Shown here one piece after another: positions 26,901 to 35,900 of a stretch of DNA of 64,000 bases; the stretch's first letter is position 1; each line of letters opens with the position of its first letter. The notes beneath the pieces were generated by a model that did not search any database, was not told the origin of the DNA, and saw only the letters and a program-made list of their open reading frames with translations. This DNA is from Schmidtea polychroa. Its lineage: Eukaryota. The position numbers and the translations under genes were made by a program. The DNA lies in the NCBI GenBank assembly GCA_044892525.1, contig CM097885.1:217496001-217560000 (forward strand). The letters are read 5' to 3'.

Positions 26901-29900
26901 ATCCTGCAGACGAACCCCATGGGAAAGAGTGTGGAATGCAGAAAATAAGGAATGGGAAATCCGGAAAGGAATCTTCGTAGAAACAGACATTGGTGAGACA
27001 GAAAGTGAATCGGAGGAAGAAGAAGAGGAACCCCCAGAATATGAAGAGGAAGCAAGGGGACAGACATCAGATGACGAAAGCGAGACGGATGTCACATCAG
27101 AAAGCGAAAATGAAGCGAGACATATTCATGCAATGAGGAAAAAGGAACGTGAATATGCTGATATGGACGGCGAGGAAGCGACGGAAGCAAGAGAACGAGA
27201 AGAGAAAGAAAGATATAAACAATTAGGCGATATTTTAGCAATGGGAGCGAAAAATCAAAAACGCCAGGTAGTAGCGTTGGCTAATATCATCTTAAAAACA
27301 TCAGAGAATATCCACAATCTGAGAGGAATGGCAAAGGCAATAGAGGAATACCGGCAATATAATGAATGGTATCCAGAACAGCTAGAACAAATTATTCGAA
27401 AATGGAGAAATCAGGAATGGGCACAAGACACCCAGGAGAGGTATCACATCCGAATCAAGTATCCGGACAAGAGCATCGAGGAACTAGAGGTGCATCCAAC
27501 AACAAAAATTAGAGAATTAAAAAAGAAATTAGCATATGAAACTCCATTCCATCTGCAACTGTTCGGAAAATCACTAGACGATAATGCAGACGTCGGGATA
27601 ACACCCATGAGATTGGAAGAGACAAATGTGTTAACAATGGCAGAAACGTTGGGGAAACCGTTAAAAAGGAAAAGTAAAATTATTAAACCAACAAAAGGCA
27701 GTTTGAGTACTCCAAGTCCGAACAAAGCACCAAGTAAATCTAATGAAACTGAAGAAGTTGAAGAGATAATCCTGGAAGATAGTGACGATGAACCAGGAGA
27801 AAGATCACCGCTATTAGTGAGATGGCCGACAGGAGCCGAAATGTGGACTAATAACCAGCCATCAACGAGTTATCAACAACCAACGAAACTGAACATCGAA
27901 GAAATCATCGACAATACTACGGAAACCGAAACGGATGAACAATTCCAGAAGCAAAGAGAACCAACGAAAGTAACACCAGAAAGTCAAACCGACAAAATAA
28001 TAGACGAATGGAATGAGTGGCTAAGAAATAACGATAGCTCATTACCCAGAACGGATAACGAAAGAAATCCGAATTACGAAAATACCAGAGAAGCAGGAAC
28101 GATGATGGAAAAACGGGCAAAAGGAAGACCCAAGAAACAAGGAGAAAAGTCTGAGTTCAAAACCAAAGAACAATTAAAGCAAGAACAAGGGCAAGTTCGA
28201 TTAGAAAAATTGGATAAAATAGTATGGGATCTAAAGGAAGCCCAACCAACGATCGAAAGAGGAGAAAAATGGATACGAGAATTGTTAGAAGATATGTTAA
28301 TAATAACAAACCCACAACTTCGACGTTTGTGGCAACGGAAAGTAGCCAGTACGGAAGCTAGACAATTATGGCACACCATTTCGGGGATAATCCCAAAGTT
28401 AATCAAAGAGAAAACGAAAACCACCAAAACGGATTGGGACGAAACAAAGAGAGTGATTGAGCAGCTCACGACAAATGCAAATGATGACGAGCATCACCTA
28501 GTGGTAATCACTTATTTGATGTATAATTTGATGGGACTAGCTGCGAGGAAAATACCAAATAAACAGTTTGCAAATCATGTAGAAATGACCGTTTCAATCA
28601 TAGAGAATACTATTGAACCACACATTATTCGTGCAGGAGGATGGAAAAGACTGATACAAGCGCCACGGAAAAATGAGCAAGAAAGGTCGATGCAAGTTAG
28701 ATTGAAAAAACTGTTAAATGAACTAGAATGGGAACTACCGATGAAAGATCCCGCAAGCAGAAAAGCATCAATAAATTCGTTAATGATGACTATGATGATA
28801 TGGATGTTGTGCACAAGTGGAGCAACAGGTTTCACCATCTACGATTGTGATAACATGATAATGAGAGATAAATACTCATTGAGAGACATAGAAGAATGCA
28901 GACAAGCCTCACCCAACAAATTGGACATCGTGAGAACAAAAGTTACTTACCATGTATATCAAGAATCAGATTTCATCAGAACGCAAGCAAGGGAATGCGT
29001 AGTATCAAAAAAGGTACTCGCATATTACTGTGGACAATATTCGTATTCGACTCTTATACTACCTGGTCTGGATAAAGAAATCGTATCAATACAACGAGAG
29101 GATTGTAAAGAGCTATTTAGAACCGGAGCGCTAAAAATGCATAACGGAGTGACGATTCACGGACAAACTGGAATGATTAAAACCGAAAGTGTTTACGTAT
29201 CCGGAAAAGTAAAATCATCAGATGGGTCATGTAACGGAGGTACGTATACGATCCGAGGCGAGGTAATATCGGGAGTAGTAGTGATCGAGTCGTACACGGT
29301 CGAATTAAAAGAATACGAAGCGCAATTTGACGCAAATAATTATCAAATGAAGACCAACCCAGCGTGTAAAGCTACAGAAAACGTATGCAGGACAGGAGTA
29401 TCAACTATAATCTATGAAGCTAATACCCAAAAATGCCGACTCCAACTGTTAAAAAGTGCTTTGTTCAATGAAGTAAAAGGAGAAATATATGAGAACGAGA
29501 ACGACGAGGATGGAAACGACAGAGTGAGAATGCGAAATGGAAAACCAATGCCACCATCTCCCAGAGAAAAGAGACTTTCAACGCAGAAGACACCAACAGC
29601 ATTAATCACAGACGATCCAGATCTAGGTATGAGATTTATCAAAGAGAAAGAAACCACCAAATGTGACAGTATAGTATATAAAACCAATTACGCAGGCATC
29701 TATATGTCGAGACAAATAATCGATAGAGCAGTGGGAAAGATAGCAACGGAGGACGTAAAACTATACTTATATGCAAATAATAAAATGGATTTTCTATTTC
29801 ATCGCGGACAAACGACCTTGCAAAAAGTATATTACGATCTGATACAAAACGATTGTTCATTGAATAAAGAAATATTGAAAACAAAGCTAGCTATTGCGAT

Positions 29901-32900
29901 AACGCACCCAGATAACACGATGCCATCACTCCCATTACCAGATGGACACTTTGGTAGAATGGTAGGAGAAGTAATGTACACATACCAGTGTACCAAGACG
30001 TATGCACGAATGCCAGAAAAATCCATACTACCCGAAAAGAGATGTGCAAATGAATTAGAAATCCGTTATAAAGGACAAAATCGATTCGTCCAACCAGTCA
30101 CTAGAATTATGAATCCAGTGGGTTTCTACCCAAATCTCTTTAACTGTTCTAATGCATACGGACCTTTATATGAAAGGCCCGATGGGAAATGGATGATGTT
30201 ACCGGGAAAAACCATATCCGAGGAGCCCAAGAAATTTGGATTAATAGAACTCGCCACAGAGCTGGATTTCAAACCTATAGACGTGTCAAACGGTGGTATG
30301 TATTCCCCAGAAGATCTAGAAACAGCACGACTTAACGTACTCTTTCCAGCCAGACGAGAATCCATTTTGTCAAATATGGTTACAATAACGGGGGGAACAA
30401 ATTATCAATCAGGCCCGAATTACGAGCTGCTATTATCGCCAGACCATTTTCAACAGGCTACGTCAAACATGATGAAAGCAATGTGGGGAAGATTCTTAGT
30501 TTTTGGACAAATGATGGCCGGGATATTAGGGATCATACTCATAATTCAGATAGTCAGAGTAATACTAACACAAATGTTAGCTTGTTTCGATATATACAAG
30601 CGGGAAAAGAAAGTTAATTGGAAAATGATAGTAGGCTTCTTACCATTTTTAGCTAAGACCATGGTATTACATGGCCACTCAAAAGACATTCATCGGATAA
30701 AGCGATTGATTAAAATATTAACAAAGATTAAAGGAACCGACGAGGAAGTAGGCAGACGATTCCGGAAAGTAATGTACGATGAAGCAACAAGACGACAATT
30801 GAAAAAGAATAAGCCAAAATTCTTGGACCGATTTAGAAGCCAATCATCTAACAGCGATAGTGACGACGATGATAACGGGAACGATAAATGTCTTTATCCA
30901 AACAGAAACCCAAACGAAAAACCAATGGAAACGGCACCATATTGGGAAAAGGAAAAGACAAACACCTGGATCGCCAATGGAAGCTATATACCACCGGATA
31001 TCGTGGGACCACAAACAGCTTTGACCATGACACAAAATATGTATCCGCAATTACCGAGTCAACCCGGTATGCATTATATGCCAACACGACGTACCAAAAG
31101 TGTAGATCAAGCAGATGACGTAAGAACAATAGCAGCGATGAGTTTACCTGGAGGTCCAGCAGTAACAGTTATGATTCAAATCAATGGTAAAGAAACCAAT
31201 GCTATGATAGACACCGGAGCTAATGTATCAGCGATAGCGATTAATCAAATCCCCAGTAAACACTGGAAGGATATCGAATCAACAACAATTCACATCATAG
31301 CATGTAGTAAAGAAACAGTGGACGTGGTCGGAAGATGGTGGACTACATTGAGATACCAGGACAACGAAATTGAAACGTATTTGGCAGTAATACCAAAACT
31401 TAGCGTACCATGCATAATCGGAACGGATTTGATGCCAGAATTATTAAAAGAAGTCGTAATAGACTTAACAACTATGTGTCTAAAAGACAAAACCGGTAGA
31501 ATATGCAAAATGAATGCAGTAATCAGATGTCCAGAAAAAATAATAGTACCAGCAAAATCGCAGATGATTTGTCAGATAAAAGTGGATACGGGTATGGAAG
31601 GAGAAGTTATCTTTGAACCAAGCAAGTCATTCGAAAAGCGACGAGAATTACCACTCGCAAGAGAAATAATCACAATAAACCAAGAAGGAGTGATACCGCT
31701 CAACATCACGAATTTCGAAGAGGAAGACAAAATCATTTATGAGAACGAAAAATTGGGAAGATTGACCCCAATGATGGACATAGAATTACCGAAAGTGACC
31801 AACGAGATGATCAAAGATGATGAATTATGGACAATAGATAGTATGTTGTTGACGAATAATGAAAAGAAAAAATTACACCGATTGTTGGTAGAATATAAAG
31901 ATATATTCGCCATCTCAGACTTAGACTTGGGTACATGCGATGTTACCCTACATGCAATACCCCTCATAGATGAAACTCCAATTGCATTAAGACCATACAA
32001 GCTAGCAGAAATGCAAAAAGAAATAGCCGAAGCAGAAGTACAAAAGATGCTAGACGCAAAAGTAATCGAACCAAGTTGCTCACCCTGGCAATTCCCAGTG
32101 GTCATGGTGAAAAAGAAAGATGGCACCCAACGATTCTGTATCGATTATCGGAAGTTAAACGCAGTGACCAAGAGAGATACCTATCCATTGCCAGACATCA
32201 ATGAGATGTTATTGATGTTGCAAGGGGCAGCATATTTTACTTCTTTAGATCTAAAAAGTGGATACTGGCAGATTAAAGTCAAAGATGAGGACAAAGAGAA
32301 AACAGCTTTCACGTTGGGACGAGATCTATATCAATTCAGGAAAATGCCATTTGGACTGACCAACGCACCAGCATCATTTCAACGGTGTATGAACTTTGTC
32401 ACCCATGGAATCAAACAATGTATGGTATATATTGATGATTTACTAATCTATTCAGCGACATTTGAACAACATCTAGAAGATATCCGAAACGTATTTATTA
32501 GATTAAGACAGTGGAAACTCAAACTCAAACCATCAAAATGCGATTGGGCAAAGGAAAAAGTCACGTTTTTAGGACACATAGTGTCAGCTAAAGGAAAGGA
32601 GCCAGATCCAAGAAACATTGAGAAAATAAAAACATGTCCAGCACCGAAAACTGTCACCCAAGTTCAGGAATTTCTAGGATTATGCGGATACTATCGCAAA
32701 TTTATCAAAAATTATGCAGGAATTGCAAAACCAATCCAGGAATTAGTAAAGAAGGACATTTCGTTCTTATGGGGGAAGGAACAACAAGAGGCGTTTGAAA
32801 CGCTGAGAGACAAACTAATCGAAGCACCTATCCTCGTACACCCAGATTTTAAGAAGCCATTTCTATTGGCAACGGATGCAAGCGGGTACGCGGCAGGCGC

Positions 32901-35900
32901 GATTCTGGGACAATTGGACGATGAGGGAAAAGAGAGAGTAATCGGGTATTACAGTCGAACATTCAAAAAGCACGAAAAGAACTATTCGGTAACAGAACGA
33001 GAAGCATTGGCTATAATACAAGCTATCAAACACTTCCGATATTTACTATGGGGACATGAGATATGTATAACCACAGATCATCAACCATTAGTGTGGTTAG
33101 GGCAACATAAAGAAGCGTCCAGTAGACTGATGAGATGGGCCATGCAATTGCAAGAATACTCCCCATTTATAAAATTTAAAGCGGGAAGAGCAAATGCCAA
33201 CGCCGATTGTATGTCAAGATTTATTTTCCCAGATTTGGTGGATTCAGAAATGCAACGCATATGCTTGATAGTAGCGGAAGATTTGGATTTCTGTCAATTA
33301 CGAAAGGACCAACAAGAGGACGCGGAATTAAAACAAATTATCGATTATGTAAAAACCGGAAAGACAGATGTATATGCGAAAGACCAAAAATTAAAAGAAC
33401 ATATGGATAAACACCGACACCGATATATTATAGAGAAAGATTGGTTGCTGATAATGGATGGGGAAAAACGATTAATGTGTATACCGGAAAACCGACGAAA
33501 AGAGTTACTAACGCAATATCACGATGGGAGATTGGGAGGACATATGTCATCGAAAAAGACGTTAGCAAGAATGAAACAGAAATATTTTTGGCCTACGTTA
33601 ACTGAAGATGTAACCGAATGGGTAAAAAATTGTCTAACTTGTGCAACCAGGAAGAATACTGGATCGAAATGGAAAGCACCTTTAACGCCAATGCCAGTAC
33701 CAATAGAACCAATGACAATGATATCCATGGACGTAGTTGGTCCACTACCAGAGTCAGATAAAGGAAACGTTTACATTCTAGTGATCACAGACTTTCTTAC
33801 GAAATTCCCAGAAGCATTCGCGATGCCAGACCAAAAAGCTAAAACAATCGCAAAAATTTTGGTAGAAGAGATATGTTGCCGATATGGAACACCAAAACAG
33901 ATATTAACCGATCAGGGAACTAATTTTATGAGTGAGATAATGAGCGAAGTAACAAATTACTTCAAAATAGCAAAACTAAGAACATCTCCATACCACCCTC
34001 AAACCAATGGGATGACGGAAAGATTTAATGGAACACTTATACAAATGTTATCAAATTACGTCGATCGTCACCAACGAGATTGGGACGAATATATAAACCT
34101 ATGTCTTATGGCGTACAGAATGTCAATTCACGCATCAACGAAAATGAGCCCATTTAAATTAATGTACGGAAGAGAGTGCAACATGCCAATGGACCTGGAA
34201 TACCAACCACCGATATCGCAGTATATGGAGATCGATGATTATGTTACGAAATTCAAGGAAAGAATGCAAGAAATTTGGGAAACTGCGGGATTAAATATCA
34301 AGTTCTACCAGGAAAGTTATAAAGATTTACACGATCGAAAGAAAAACGTGAAGCAACATACGTTCCAAACAGGTGATTGGGTAATGATAGAAACCCCGGA
34401 ATTAATTCCAGGAACCACAAAAAAATTACAACGCAACGGAAAAGGACCATATGAGATCTTATTCGTAGGCGAAACTAATGTAAGAGTGAAATTGGTAAAT
34501 AACCCCTTTACCAGACCAATATACGTAAACGTGGCACGATGCAAATCAATTCCGAAAACAGCCACTAGTCAACCAGAAGGCCGTACATTAACCACACGTT
34601 CGCAAACCTACCGAATGAACATGATGCAACAACTCGCAGAACCGATCACTGGACGATTAGGTATCCAACCATCAGAAGCGGAAAAGATTGTAAAAGAGGT
34701 AAAAATTAGAATACCTGGATGGGCAAAAGATCGATTAGATTTCGAAATATTAGGAGGATTATTGACGATGATCGAGAACTATGCAAATAGAGAAAGGACA
34801 CACCCATTATTGCGAGTAGTCAAAAGCCAATGGCCAATATTATTTACAATAACAGATCACTACGGAGACACACCATTACACAAACTCATGAAAGTAGGTA
34901 ACAACGAGCAAATACTAGAAACAATAGAAGCATTTCACGACTGCAAGCGATCAACAGAACAAACAAACAACCAAGGTTACACACCATTAATGATAGCCGC
35001 AAACAGAGGCAAAACAAAAGACATTATAACCGCATTACTCGATACTGGATCGAAAATAACTACACAAGACCACGGGCGGAAAAACGCTCTACATCATGCT
35101 ATCGAAGGGAGAAGTACCGAGGCGTTCACGTCATTGATGGAACTACTATCATATGAGGACAATCGAGAAGTCGGAAACATGTATGATGGATTGTTAACAG
35201 CGATCAAAGAAAAACTGACGACAATTACCGGAATATTAATTACATGGAGAAATCCAATTCAAAACGATTATATGATCAACGTAAACGAAGCGTTCACGAG
35301 AGGAGAGAACACGCTGATGAGAGAAGCTATGAAAGGACATCATTTATTCGAAATTCCGAATCAATTACTAGAACGAGGGATAAAATTCACAAATCATAAA
35401 GACGAACAGTTAGCAAAAAAGCGAATCGACACATTCGAAGAATCCCTATTCCAATTTACTAACCAAGTACGAAATAAATATTGGGAAACGGTAAGTGTGT
35501 TATATATGATGGACACAATGAACAACATCCGCGAGAATTACCTGGATATTATCCAAATACTTACAGCAGAGGAACGAATCAATAATCCAAACGGAAAGAA
35601 AACGAAAATAAGGTATGAGAAATCCAGGGAATCAAAGTCAACAACGAACCAAACGGTCACAAACAACGTCATCGAAACCAAATCAATGAGTATAGATCAA
35701 GAGGCAATAATACGCAAAGCAAAAGAAGTGTTCTTTGAGGAAATGCTAGAGCTGCCAGACGAAATAATATTGTCCAAAATAATAAAAGCCGTACACACAT
35801 ACGCAAGAGATCAAACCACGGGTTTAGATATCGGGAAAATCAAAACCTTCTTGCCTCGAGCATTTACGATGGTAACGAAGGATTCCAGAACACCCCTACA

